DNA of 59,776 nt, filler included. It is 4 parts of 4 records of this genome, joined end to end, with 100 filler letters (N's around TTAATTAATTAA, not from the genome) between each part and the next. Parts side by side here need not be neighbours in the genome. Positions count along the whole stretch, not along the records: positions 1 to 17,767 come from SRR20825006_1605; 3 more parts are not named here. The stretch is one strand, 5' to 3'. Each line of letters begins with the position of its first letter. Position 1 is the first letter of the stretch. The notes beneath the pieces are model-generated. The model was not told where the DNA came from. It was given only the letters and a program-made list of their open reading frames with translations, and made no database searches. The position numbers were made by a program, and so were the translations under genes. Of this stretch, positions 1 through 10,108 are shown one piece after another.

Positions 1-1
1 C

Positions 2-139
2 GCCACGGGCATGTGCCACGCCGACAGCACCGCCGTGATCGCCGTGGGCCGCGATGCCTATGACATCGCGTTTCTGGATTCCCAGGCACCCGCCGAAATG
101 CTGTACCAGTCAGTGCAGGTCATGCGGACCCAGCAATAA
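2..139 (+). CDS. 3' end of an unidentified protein (truncated by window start)
   Basis: Open frame ATGMCHADSTAVIAVGRDAYDIAFLDSQAPAEMLYQSVQVMRTQQ* with GC3-rich codons, stop TAA at 137-139. Confidence 0.55.
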   Translation, partial: ATGMCHADSTAVIAVGRDAYDIAFLDSQAPAEMLYQSVQVMRTQQ

Positions 140-368
140 AGGGGCCGTGGCCCGCACAGGCAGGTTTCAGCCGCCGTCCCGCCGGTTTTGATAAAAGCAC
201 CCTGCGTCGAGATCAGGCAACAGTTCAGCGGTTTTTACCAGTAACGCGCACATATGCCCTTGGTGGTGGCGCGATCCCAAGAGATTATCCAGATCGCACC
301 TGCCGCTTGTGACGGGAGGACCACAAAAAATTGTCGTAAAGACTTGACGCTTCGAGGCACCGCGCACC

Positions 369-3300
369 ATGAAATCAAGCCGTTCAACCGCCCCGCTCGG
401 AACGCTTTTTGCAACCTTGTTGCTCTGTGCCGCCGCGTTGGCGGGCAATTATTTCGAACTTTCCATCTCGTTTTCGGTGTCATTCATTTTCGGATCGGTC
501 GCCGCATTGCTGGCCTTGCAGTTTCTGGGCCTGCTGCCCGGTCTGACCGTGGCGGTGGTTGCCGGGATTTACACTTGGTTCCATTGGGGCCACCCCTATG
601 CGCTGCTGGTGATGTGCCTGGAAATCCTGTGCGTTTCCCTGACCCTGCGGCGTGTCAACAACCTGGTGCTGGCGGATGCGGCCTTTTGGCTGATCGTGGG
701 TGGTCCACTGGTCACCTTGCTGTACTGGGGTGCGCTGGATCTGTCCTTTGACTCGGCAGTGATGATTGCGCTCAAGCAATCGGCCAATGGCGTCATGAAC
801 GCCTCGATTGCGACGTTCATCGTGGTCGGGCTGGCGCTTGGCCCGGTTGGTCGCTTTTTCCCAAGGCTCAGCGTGTCCTACACCGGCGTGGTCTTTGCGG
901 TGCTGATGTTCCTTGTCACGGTGGTCGGGGCTGTGCTGATCGTGCTGACCAGCCGAGACATGCTCGCGACGGAAAAGCAGAAGATGTCGGACAGGCTGCA
1001 GCTGGTGTTGCTGCTGACCAGGGAGGAACTGCTGGACGCCGAGGCGCGTGACACGGGCATCGCGGACCTGCAGGCCGCATTGGACCGCTCGGCGGACAAG
1101 GTCGATGCGCTGATCGACACCGCGTCCGGGATCTCGGTTTGCATTCTGGATGCCCAAGGCAACCTGCTTGCCAAGCATGGCGAGATATACACCGTGCCGG
1201 GGGTGACGGTCGATACGCAGATCGAAATACAGCAATGGGAACCGCCGGGCGATATGCCTGCGTTGCAACGGACTGCGGCCAGCCGCTATGTCAGGTTTCT
1301 GCCGCTGGAACTGGGCGGTACGTCATATGTGATCGCCGCCGAAAGTGCAGTGGCGCCATTGGTGGCGAAGCTGACCCAGAGCAGCCGCAACCATATCCTG
1401 GCATTGGCGATGATCATGCTGGCGTCCACCGTGCTGGTGCAGTTGCTCAGCATGGTGACGACCCGCACGATCCGAAACCTCGCGCAGTTGAGCACCAAGG
1501 TCAGCCAGGCGATTTCCGCAGGTGACCAGAACCCACCGACCTTTCCCAAAAGCAACATTCAGGAATACGAGATGCTCTCGACCTCGCTGCGGGAGATGAG
1601 TGCGCAGATCGCCCGCGACTTTACGGTGCTTTCTGACGTCAAAGACACGCTGGAGCATCGCGTGCGCCTGCGCACCTCGCAGTTGAAACGGTTGTCGCAG
1701 GTTGCCAGCCAGACCACCAACGGCGTGATCATCACCGATGTGCGCGGACGCACCGAATGGATCAACGAAGGCCTTACGCGCATGTCCGGCTTTACGCTGG
1801 ACCAGGTGAAGGGCAAGACGCCTGCCAGTTTCCTGCACGGTGCGAAAACCAGTGCGGAAACGATTGCACAGATGAACGCCGCGCTGGCACGGGAGGAAAA
1901 TTTCGAAGCTGAAATCCTGCACTACACCCGCACCGGGCAAGAGTTCTGGACCGAAGCCTCGTGCAGTGCCCTGCATGATGACCGGGGGCGGATCACCGGG
2001 TATATGGCCGTGCTGACGGATGTGACCGAGCTGAAGCAGAACGCGGCCAAGCTGGAACGTACGCTGGAGCGGCTGGCGCTGGCGCTGGACGTCGGTCATA
2101 TCGGCATCTGGGAGTGGAACATCGAGACGAACGAGACCTTTTGGGACACCACCGTCTACGACATCTTTGGTATTGCACCGGGCACAACGATCACTGCCGA
2201 TGTCTGGAAAAGCGTCGTGCACGCCGACGATGTGGCGCGCAACGACCAGTTGCTTGAACGGGCGTTGAACACGCGGGACCATGTGCTGGAAGATGAATAC
2301 CGCATCCACCACAAGGCCCGGGGCGAACGGATTGTCAAAGCCGTGTCCAGGGTGGTCTTTGACGATCAGGGCCGCGCCACGCGGATCACCGGCATCAACT
2401 TTGACGTGACCGAGGACAGGCAGACCGCAATCGAAATCCGCGAGTTGGCCGAGCACACCGAAACCGTGCTGGACAACATCGTTGATGGCATCATCACCAT
2501 TGATCTTCAGGGGGAAATCCTGTCGTTCAATGCCGCCGCCGAAACCATCTTCGGCTATCACGAATCCGAAGTGGTCGGGCAGCATTTCAGTGTGCTGCTG
2601 CAGGGTGGCAAGACCCCGCACCTGGCAGGGCTGATTGAAGAATACCGGACGATGAACCCCTCCGAGAGGCGGGTGGCCCGCGAGATTCAGGGGCGGCGCA
2701 AGTCGGGCGCGGACTTTCCGCTGGAGTTTGCCTTTGCCGAAATCCGGCGCGATGGGCAAAAGGTCTTTGTCGGCATCGCCCGCGACATCACCGAGCGCAA
2801 ACGGGTGGAACGGATGACCAAGGAGTTCATCTCGACCATCAATCACGAATTGCGCACGCCGCTGACCTCTATTCAGGGGTCGCTGAAGCTGATCGACAGC
2901 GGCATGATCGGGGCGCTGCCTGACAAGGTGAAAAAGATGGTGTCGGTGTCCTTGCGCAACAGCGACCGGCTGCGCAGCCTGATTGACGATATGCTGGACA
3001 TCGACCGGATGCTGTCGGGCAAGATGCGCTTCGATATGGGCACCCACGCGCTGCAGCCGCTGCTGGAGCAGGTGATTTCCGACAATCAGGGCTATGCCGG
3101 AAATCACGGCATCGGGCTGGTGCTGGCCAGCGCCGTGCCGGATGTCCAGATCTCGGTCGACAAGGGCCGGTTCGTGCAGATCATGTCGAACTTTATCTCC
3201 AACGCGATCAAGTTTTCGGCCCCCGATGGCAAGGTCACGGTTGATGTGGTGGGCACCGGGACCGACGTGACCGTGCATGTCATCGACGAAGGCTGCGGCA

Positions 3301-3512
3301 TCCCCGAGGCGCTGCACGAGCAGATTTTCGAACAGTTCTTCCGCGTGGATTCCTCTGATTCCAGCAGCATTGGCGGCACGGGTCTGGGCCTGTCGATAGC
3401 CAAGGCGCTGGCCGAGCAGATGAACGCCACCGTGGGCCTGTCGTCGGTCGTGGGAGAAGGCAGCGATTTCTGGATCAAGGTGCCGCTTGAGGGCAATTCC
3501 CCGACACGGTGA
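369..3512 (+). CDS. Membrane-bound multi-PAS sensor histidine kinase
   Basis: N-terminal multi-TM region, three PAS/PAC-like repeats, H-box FISTINHELRTPLTSI, N-box NFISNAIKFS, G-boxes DEGCGIP and GGTGLGLSI. Confidence 0.93.
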   Translation: MKSSRSTAPLGTLFATLLLCAAALAGNYFELSISFSVSFIFGSVAALLALQFLGLLPGLTVAVVAGIYTWFHWGHPYALLVMCLEILCVSLTLRRVNNLVLADAAFWLIVGGPLVTLLYWGALDLSFDSAVMIALKQSANGVMNASIATFIVVGLALGPVGRFFPRLSVSYTGVVFAVLMFLVTVVGAVLIVLTSRDMLATEKQKMSDRLQLVLLLTREELLDAEARDTGIADLQAALDRSADKVDALIDTASGISVCILDAQGNLLAKHGEIYTVPGVTVDTQIEIQQWEPPGDMPALQRTAASRYVRFLPLELGGTSYVIAAESAVAPLVAKLTQSSRNHILALAMIMLASTVLVQLLSMVTTRTIRNLAQLSTKVSQAISAGDQNPPTFPKSNIQEYEMLSTSLREMSAQIARDFTVLSDVKDTLEHRVRLRTSQLKRLSQVASQTTNGVIITDVRGRTEWINEGLTRMSGFTLDQVKGKTPASFLHGAKTSAETIAQMNAALAREENFEAEILHYTRTGQEFWTEASCSALHDDRGRITGYMAVLTDVTELKQNAAKLERTLERLALALDVGHIGIWEWNIETNETFWDTTVYDIFGIAPGTTITADVWKSVVHADDVARNDQLLERALNTRDHVLEDEYRIHHKARGERIVKAVSRVVFDDQGRATRITGINFDVTEDRQTAIEIRELAEHTETVLDNIVDGIITIDLQGEILSFNAAAETIFGYHESEVVGQHFSVLLQGGKTPHLAGLIEEYRTMNPSERRVAREIQGRRKSGADFPLEFAFAEIRRDGQKVFVGIARDITERKRVERMTKEFISTINHELRTPLTSIQGSLKLIDSGMIGALPDKVKKMVSVSLRNSDRLRSLIDDMLDIDRMLSGKMRFDMGTHALQPLLEQVISDNQGYAGNHGIGLVLASAVPDVQISVDKGRFVQIMSNFISNAIKFSAPDGKVTVDVVGTGTDVTVHVIDEGCGIPEALHEQIFEQFFRVDSSDSSSIGGTGLGLSIAKALAEQMNATVGLSSVVGEGSDFWIKVPLEGNSPTR

Positions 3513-3715
3513 ATATTATTTGACGGCCCTCGAATTCCACTTGAAGATGCATATATCAAAGGCACGACCACGTGACGCGCCAACGCGATCACGCCGCGAC
3601 ACCACTCGAACAGATCAGATTGCATCGCTGGCCTTTTGACAGGCAGGCGATGATCGACCGCAGCCAGGCCCTTGCCATTGTGGCACCGGATCGCTGCATT
3701 TTGGGAGGACATTCC

Positions 3716-3853
3716 ATGGCCAAAGGCAACAACAGCAAGCGCGGCAACAAAGAAACCAAGAAACCCAAGCAGGAAAAGCCCAAGGTTCTGGCGACCGCCA
3801 ATTCGCTGACAGGCAAGAACGACCTGTCGATCGGGGGCAAGAAGCCCAAGTAA
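3716..3853 (+). CDS. Small lysine-rich protein (45 aa)
   Basis: GGGAGG RBS just upstream of ATG 3716; MAKGNNSKRGNKETKKPKQEKPKVLATANSLTGKNDLSIGGKKPK with host-like codon usage. Confidence 0.75.
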   Translation: MAKGNNSKRGNKETKKPKQEKPKVLATANSLTGKNDLSIGGKKPK

Positions 3854-3967
3854 TGCCCCTCTCCGGACCCCTTCACGTGGAAGGGGTCCCATCCGCCTGT
3901 CACCTGCGTATTGTGCAGGGCCGCGCATTCGGGCAGGCTGGAATGCGGATCAGTCAAAGGGTTGGGG

Positions 3968-4666
3968 ATGCCGGAAATCAGTGCAAGCGGGATTGCCCTT
4001 GGCCTTCTGGCCGTGATCCTGTCCCGTTATGTGCCGGTGCGCCGCGACCCGTCGCGCCCGATGCCGTTCTGGGCGTCTGTGCTGGTCGGGTGTCTAGCGG
4101 CCTATTTCGGCCCCCCTGTTTTCGACCTTGTCGCGGACCTGTGGCGCAAGATGTCCTTCCTGCCCGAAATCACCGAAGGCATGGTGTTCCTGGGCCTGTT
4201 CATGGCCGTTTTCCTGCAATTCGTGGTCGAGCGAAAAGACCGCCCGCGCCGCATCCCCGTCTGGGCGGTGGTGGTGATTTCGGTGGCCACAGCCTTTGCC
4301 CTGCCGCCGCTGATCTACCGTTTGACCGGGTCCTATTCGGCGCTTGCGCTGCGGGCGGATGTGAACCAGTGCGCCCAAGGGATACAAGGCGAGACAGAGC
4401 CCCGCCGCGTCAGCAACGCCTGTGATTTTCCGATTGTGGTCGGCCTGTGCGCACCGGGCGAAGAGAACCCTGCCCCTTGCGCGCAAACCGTGACTTTGGC
4501 GCAGGGCGAAACGGCCAGCCTTGATCCCGACGGGGCAAGCCTGGCCTATGCGCCGGGCAACCGTGACGGCCTGTCCGTGGTCGCCTGTCGGCCGCCCAAC
4601 CGCCCCTCGCGGATGATGAACCAGACCAACAAATATTACGTCGGCGTGTGCCTGCCCGCACTGTGA
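3968..4666 (+). CDS. Hypothetical membrane protein with Cys-rich C-terminal domain
   Basis: Three to four hydrophobic segments followed by a soluble domain with six Cys; start taken at ATG 3968. Confidence 0.7.
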   Translation: MPEISASGIALGLLAVILSRYVPVRRDPSRPMPFWASVLVGCLAAYFGPPVFDLVADLWRKMSFLPEITEGMVFLGLFMAVFLQFVVERKDRPRRIPVWAVVVISVATAFALPPLIYRLTGSYSALALRADVNQCAQGIQGETEPRRVSNACDFPIVVGLCAPGEENPAPCAQTVTLAQGETASLDPDGASLAYAPGNRDGLSVVACRPPNRPSRMMNQTNKYYVGVCLPAL

Positions 4667-4676
4667 ACCGACGGGC

Positions 4677-6395
4677 TCAGGCGGTCGCGGCGATGGTGTG
4701 CAGTACCTTGCTGAGCTCGGTCGGCGTTGCGCCGTCGTTGCTGTTCCAATAGGCGGGCGTGGCCTTGTAGGGCAGCCGCACATGCGCCTGTATCTGCGTC
4801 GAGGCGACATAGCCCGGCAACAGGCACAGGTTTTGCGGTACCTCATCGGCGGGCGTCTGCGCGATATAGGCCGCGGTCGCGCGTGAGATCAGCCCGGGGC
4901 CTGTCTTGGCCCAGGTGTTGTCATTCTCGCGCGCCAGCAGGGAGCTGCGCGCCATATCGACGGCAATCTGCAACAGCGGATGACCGGCGCGCGCCATCAT
5001 CAGGTTGTTGGCAATCGAGCCGATCACAGGCTCGCGGAACAGCACCATGCCGCGCCCCAGCGTCCGCAAGGCGTCGAGATCGCCGACCAGCATGTCATCG
5101 GCATCGGTATAGATGCCCCCATCCGCCAGCAGCAGGCAGAGCCGCAGGAAATCGCATTCTTCGGCCACGTTGTTGGCCATGCGAAAGGCCCTTACGTGGT
5201 CCGCGTCAAAGCGGTCCTTGAGAAAGGCGATGGCGGCCGCCTTGTCGTAGCGATGATAGGTGTAACCCGGCAGGTCCTGCCAGCTTTGCATGACCGCCGC
5301 GACCTCGGGCGGGATCGTTGCCGTGTCCCAGTATTGCAGGATGCGGCGCGGAATGTCGGGCGCGCTGTCCGGTGGCGCATCGGTGGATAGCGTGTTTTGC
5401 CAGCGGTCCAGCGCCAGTTTGGCCGGGTGGAAAAACACCCGTTCCAAGGCCTCAGACATATCCGGGGCAAGTCCGTCGTTCGACCGCAGGAACAATTGCG
5501 CCTCGTTCAGCAGTGCGCCGATGTGGGTGGCGCGAAACTTGGAATTGGCACCGCCCCCCCGCCCCATCCCGGTCGAGACCACACGCGCCAGCGCGTCGGC
5601 TGCGTCAATCTGGCCCCGCCCCAGTTTCAGGCGCATCATCTGGAACGGGTTCAGCAATGCGGCACCGATGTCGCCGGCTTGGGCAATCAGCGCGTCGGCC
5701 TCTTCCAGTCGGTTGCTTTCCAGCAGGATGTGCAGGCGCATCCGCAGCACCCGCGCGCTGAGCGGGTCGGCAGAGGCGGCCAGAAGGTCCAGCGCCTGTT
5801 GCGGCGCGCCGAAACGCTGGTACGCGGTGGTCAGCAGCGCCAGAAAGCGGAACGAATTGGGCCAGCGGCGGCGGCAAAAGCTCAGATAGCGCAAGACGGT
5901 TTTGCGTTTGCCCGCCTGAAACAGAACCTCGACCAGATCGGCGGCCTCGTTCGGGGCACGCATCTTGACCCGCGCCGCACGGGCACGGGCCAGCGCCACG
6001 TCGGGGCCGTCCAGCAGCAGATCGCTTTGCAAGCGGAACCGCGCAATCTCGTTTTCGGGCAGGTGCGATTCCAGCCAGCGGCGCACCCTGGCCAACAGGT
6101 CTGCATCGGCAGCGGTGTGCGCCAGTTTGACCGCATAGATCGCCAGCGGCAGCAAAACCGTGTCACGCGTGGTGGCCTGCGCGAATGCAGCGGCGGCCAG
6201 TTTGAAATCGCGGTTCTTTTCCGCCACCTGCATCAGCCGCAACAGTTGCGGCGAGGACCAGTGGTCAAGACGCTGCGTGGCCTTTTCCAGCACGGCCTGT
6301 GCGCGGTCGGACTGGTCAAGTTTCAGGGCAAGGTCGCAGTATCTGAGCACGATATCCGGGTCGACAGCACGCGGGCTTGGGGTTGGTCTGTCCAT
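4677..6395 (-). CDS. TPR-like N-terminus + GT32-type (DXD) glycosyltransferase
   Basis: IPRRILQYWD, AEECDFLRLCLLLADGGIYTDADD, NNLMMARAGHPLL, KTGPG motifs of the OCH1/GT32 fold; helical-repeat N-terminus. Confidence 0.85.
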   Translation of the reverse strand: MDRPTPSPRAVDPDIVLRYCDLALKLDQSDRAQAVLEKATQRLDHWSSPQLLRLMQVAEKNRDFKLAAAAFAQATTRDTVLLPLAIYAVKLAHTAADADLLARVRRWLESHLPENEIARFRLQSDLLLDGPDVALARARAARVKMRAPNEAADLVEVLFQAGKRKTVLRYLSFCRRRWPNSFRFLALLTTAYQRFGAPQQALDLLAASADPLSARVLRMRLHILLESNRLEEADALIAQAGDIGAALLNPFQMMRLKLGRGQIDAADALARVVSTGMGRGGGANSKFRATHIGALLNEAQLFLRSNDGLAPDMSEALERVFFHPAKLALDRWQNTLSTDAPPDSAPDIPRRILQYWDTATIPPEVAAVMQSWQDLPGYTYHRYDKAAAIAFLKDRFDADHVRAFRMANNVAEECDFLRLCLLLADGGIYTDADDMLVGDLDALRTLGRGMVLFREPVIGSIANNLMMARAGHPLLQIAVDMARSSLLARENDNTWAKTGPGLISRATAAYIAQTPADEVPQNLCLLPGYVASTQIQAHVRLPYKATPAYWNSNDGATPTELSKVLHTIAATA

Positions 6396-7618
6396 TAATC
6401 CGCCGTCTGGATGTGGTGTTCCAGCAGGGTCATCGCCGACTTCAGGTCACCGCGCGCCTCGGCCAGTTCGGCCAGCCCCAGTATGGCCTGGGCGTTCGTG
6501 GGATCAGACCGCAGGATATCGTTAAAGATTGCCTCTGCCTGAACCACCTCTCCGGCGTCGAGCGCGGCACGCGCGGCTTGCAGGTGCACCGGCGAGGCGG
6601 CGGGCGCCTCTGACCGCAGGCCGGACAGGACGGCAAAGGCGTCCGCCGGTTGCCCCGATTGCAGCAGGATCTGTCCCTTGCGGCGCAGAATCTCGGGGTC
6701 CTGTGCCCCCAGCCGCGACAATGCCTGATCGCAAGCCGCCAGCCCTGCGTCCATGTCGCCGGCCAGCAACGCCATTTCGATCTGCGCGGTCAGGGCACCG
6801 CGGTGCGACGGGGACCGTTTGAGGATCTCGGAGTAAAGTGATGCCGCCTCATCGGTGCGCCCTGCCGCGCGCTGTGCGGCGGCGAGCGCGAACTGAACCG
6901 TCGCACTGCGCGGGTCGCGGTGCAGCAGGGTCTGCAAGATCCCGATGGCGTCATCGGTGCGTCCGATCCGTTGCAGGGCATTGGCCAGCTTTTGCTGCAG
7001 GGCACTGTTTCCGGCGAGTTGCTCCAGCCCCAGTTCGCACCGCGCAATCGCAAGCGGCGGGTCGCCCAGAGCCAGCGCCACGTCCGCGCGTCCGATCCAT
7101 GCGGCTTCGGATCTGGGTTGTTTTGCCAGAACCTGGCCAAAGAGACGGTCGGCGCCGTCAAAATCCCTGACCGCCATCAGACCACGCGCGACGGCGATCT
7201 TTTGGTGTTGCGTGGTTGCAGGATCAGCGGCCAGCGTGCGCAAGACCTCCTGCGCCTCTGCCATGTCCCCCAGCCTGCGCAAAACGGTAGCCTGCTTCAA
7301 CAGCAGTGCCGGGTCGGCAGGCATCACGGTAAGCGCCGCCGCGATATGGGACAAGGCCGCCTGAAGGTCACCCTCCGCCACACTGGCGTCGACCCGCCCG
7401 ATCAAGGCAGGCTGAAACGCGGGCGCGGTCGCCAGCACCGCATCATAAAGCGGGATCGCCTGAGCGTGCGCGCCAAGGCTGCGCAATGCCGCGACGACGC
7501 CCATGCGCACCGGGTTGTCGGACGCATCCAGCCTGTGCGGTGCCACAAGAAGATCACGCGCCGCGACCAGATGCGATTTCAGCGCGGTGTTGCGGTCTGT
7601 GGAGTTGCCATCGGCCAT
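6395..7618 (-). CDS. Tetratricopeptide-repeat protein
   Basis: Tandem TPR-like helical repeats along the whole length; TAATG stop/start overlap with the GT32 gene; start at ATG 7618 (MADGNS) is uncertain. Confidence 0.85.
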   Translation of the reverse strand: MADGNSTDRNTALKSHLVAARDLLVAPHRLDASDNPVRMGVVAALRSLGAHAQAIPLYDAVLATAPAFQPALIGRVDASVAEGDLQAALSHIAAALTVMPADPALLLKQATVLRRLGDMAEAQEVLRTLAADPATTQHQKIAVARGLMAVRDFDGADRLFGQVLAKQPRSEAAWIGRADVALALGDPPLAIARCELGLEQLAGNSALQQKLANALQRIGRTDDAIGILQTLLHRDPRSATVQFALAAAQRAAGRTDEAASLYSEILKRSPSHRGALTAQIEMALLAGDMDAGLAACDQALSRLGAQDPEILRRKGQILLQSGQPADAFAVLSGLRSEAPAASPVHLQAARAALDAGEVVQAEAIFNDILRSDPTNAQAILGLAELAEARGDLKSAMTLLEHHIQTAD

Positions 7619-7728
7619 GGATCGAGAACCTGAGAGGAAAGTGGGAATGCCATCTTGCCCCCGGACGCTTTCAGTTTCGCGGCGCAGACTCAACCCCACG
7701 CATGCGGTGTGCGCGTGGAATTGGTCAC

Positions 7729-7763
7729 AAAAAAGCCCGGACCACGGGGGAGCGGTCCGGGCC
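7729..7763 (-). terminator. Rho-independent terminator after the Hint-domain gene
   Basis: Minus strand GCCCGGACC...GGTCCGGGC stem followed by TTTTTT. Confidence 0.75.
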
Positions 7764-7785
7764 TGTCGATCTGGCGGTGGTCAGA

Positions 7786-8727
7786 TCAGGCGACCTGACG
7801 CGCGTCCAGCCATGCGCGGATCGCAGGCGGCAACAGACGCGCTGCGGACACGCGCGGGCGGTCCATTTCCGTGATGGGTTGCTCGTCACCGTAGAGGTCC
7901 AGATACTCTTGATAATTGTCAAAAGACTGGCGGGTCACGTAATCGACGAATGTTTCAGAGGCGGCACCGTTGGCAAGGATCGCATCGTGATTGGCTGTCT
8001 CGATGTGAAAAACGGTAAAGTGGGTGTCCAGTTCGGCGGGCGCTACAAAGCGGATGCTGGTGCCGTTGACCAGAGCCGAGGCGTTGATGATCAGGTCATT
8101 CAGGATCATGCCGTGGTCTGCGGTGACGACCAGATCACGTGTGGGGACATTTTCACCCAACGCGCCTGCGGCGATCTTCACCGGCTCGTTGCGCTTGGCC
8201 AGACCGAACATCGGCATGATGGTGCGGTGACCGACCCATTTCACACGGGTTTCGGCCCCATCTGCCGTGATCAGACAATCACCGATCTGCAGGTCCTGAA
8301 CGGCGACGTCTCCGGCTGGCGTGGCAATCATCGTGTCCTTGGCAAAGCACGGCACAGCGTAGGTATCACCCGAGTTCAGCGCCAGCGACGCGGGAGTGCT
8401 CACGGGGTCTTGTGTCATAAAGACCGTCACGAAATCCGGAAAGTCAGTGTATTCAAAGACCGGCCAGGTCACACCGTCGATCACCATGGTGCCGATATAA
8501 GAGATCGGAAAACCGCCCGCCGTGGTGGTGTCACCCAGCTCGAAAGTTGTATCCGCATCACCATCGTCGAGATTGAAAGGACCGTCCTGAACAGACGGGG
8601 CTTGTGCATCTGTTTTAGAATAGGTGATTGACTTGGTTGCCGTAAAACTTGCATTTTGGGTATATCCTAATGCATGTCGTGAGATCGTTCGGCGGAATGT
8701 CGCATTGCCGTCGAAATCTGGTTGCAC
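7786..8727 (-). CDS. Hint (hedgehog/intein-like, Rhodobacterales Hint_2) domain protein
   Basis: VPCFAKDTMIATPAGDVAVQDLQIGD, VKWVG, PVKIAAGALG, DLVVTADH, HDAILANGAASETF; true start uncertain. Confidence 0.9.
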   Translation of the reverse strand: MQPDFDGNATFRRTISRHALGYTQNASFTATKSITYSKTDAQAPSVQDGPFNLDDGDADTTFELGDTTTAGGFPISYIGTMVIDGVTWPVFEYTDFPDFVTVFMTQDPVSTPASLALNSGDTYAVPCFAKDTMIATPAGDVAVQDLQIGDCLITADGAETRVKWVGHRTIMPMFGLAKRNEPVKIAAGALGENVPTRDLVVTADHGMILNDLIINASALVNGTSIRFVAPAELDTHFTVFHIETANHDAILANGAASETFVDYVTRQSFDNYQEYLDLYGDEQPITEMDRPRVSAARLLPPAIRAWLDARQVA

Positions 8728-9024
8728 AGTTCCCTGACTGGTTCAAGTTATTTGGACACATCACATACCTGCGTTCTGGGGAGAGTTTCCCAAGAAGCGC
8801 AGCTTTTTCTTAAAATCTTTAAAAACGCCGATATGGTTTAATTTCACAGTGAAAGTCGGCACATGTCGCACGCCTTTGCGTCCCGCCGTTAAATCAGGTT
8901 CTCCGATTTCCGCATGGCTTAAACATCCATTCACATTCCCGACTTGATGATAGGCGGGTGAAGGCTTGGGCTGTGTCGTTTGACTTACTTTGGCCTGATT
9001 GTGCGTTTGATGTGTGAAAGAGTT

Positions 9025-9873
9025 TCAGACAGCGCCTTCGGGCGGCACTTCACCCGCCCGCACTCCGACAATCACCGGCGGATCGGTGAGGTTTTCAGGA
9101 TATGCCCCAAAGTTCAGCAGGTCACGGCGGCCGTATTGATCGGCGATGCCTTCGGCCAGTGCACGGATGGTCACCCCCTGCCCACTGCAAATGTTGGTGG
9201 GGCCGGTCCGCGTGCTGGTGATGTCCTTGGCCAACATCCGGGCGGCGTCCCTTACGTCGAGATAATCGCGCAGTGCGGTGCCGCGGGTCAGATCAACGGG
9301 CACGCCGCGCGCCAGTTTGTCGTGCAGCTGCGGCACCAGCCGCCGCGTGTCTTCGCGGTCGCCATAGAGATAGAACAGCCGCGCCCAGAGGAATTCGATG
9401 CCAGCCGTGGCGCACCATGCGGTCAGCATGGTAAAGGCCGCAACCTTGGCGGCGGCATATGGGGTTTCCGGGGCCAGTGGCGTGTCGACCGACAGATATC
9501 CCACCGACAGGTCGTATTCAAAGCAGGTGCCTGCGCCCGCAAACCGGCGCACACCTGCGGCAGCGGCCCCTTTGGCCATGGCGAGCGTGCCCGTCAGGCA
9601 ATCGAGATTGCGTTCCGATGTCAGGTATTTGCCCGGCTCGGCGTACCATGCCAGATGTACGACTGTGTCGATCCCGGCCAGTTGGCCCGCCCACCAATCG
9701 GCGCTTTGGCCAAAGAGATCATCACAGGTGACCGTACGGGCCTCCAACCCTTCCAGCCGCGCCTCGGAGCCTGTTCGGATCACGCAAGTGAGGTCGTGCC
9801 CGGCGGCGGCCAGCTGCTGCGCCACGGGCAGGCCGACAAACCCGGTGGCACCTGTGATCAGGATACGGCTCAT
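9025..9873 (-). CDS. NAD-dependent nucleotide-sugar epimerase/dehydratase/reductase
   Basis: MSRILITGATGFVG Rossmann motif, HLAW, GTCFEY, YAAAK catalytic motif, RDYLDVRD. Confidence 0.9.
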   Translation of the reverse strand: MSRILITGATGFVGLPVAQQLAAAGHDLTCVIRTGSEARLEGLEARTVTCDDLFGQSADWWAGQLAGIDTVVHLAWYAEPGKYLTSERNLDCLTGTLAMAKGAAAAGVRRFAGAGTCFEYDLSVGYLSVDTPLAPETPYAAAKVAAFTMLTAWCATAGIEFLWARLFYLYGDREDTRRLVPQLHDKLARGVPVDLTRGTALRDYLDVRDAARMLAKDITSTRTGPTNICSGQGVTIRALAEGIADQYGRRDLLNFGAYPENLTDPPVIVGVRAGEVPPEGAV

Positions 9874-10108
9874 TGTGCGCGGGCCCAGGGCATTGCGCAT
9901 CCGGGCGCAGGGCCAAGGCGTGAAATCGGGCTGTTGTCTGTCAAAATGATACCTTCCGCATGTCTCCAACGACTACCGCGCAGCGCTTGCGCAATGCAAC
10001 TGCGGTCGCGCGGTCGGCCCCGCCGCGTGCTAAATTTTCAGACTGTCACATTTCCGATGCGTAGCTGCTCTAAGCCGCTGCCAACAGACACCAGACGTGG
10101 ACGGGTCA

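Noticed and set aside
1323-3317. Long antisense ORFs (e.g. 664 aa here, 12856-14754, 19665-21083, 29577-30797, 39832-40650)
   Set aside because: Shadows of well-supported genes on the opposite strand caused by codon bias; no motifs
10031-10060. Full Pho box upstream of plcP
   Set aside because: Only one half-site (CTGTCAC); no matching repeat at 11-nt spacing
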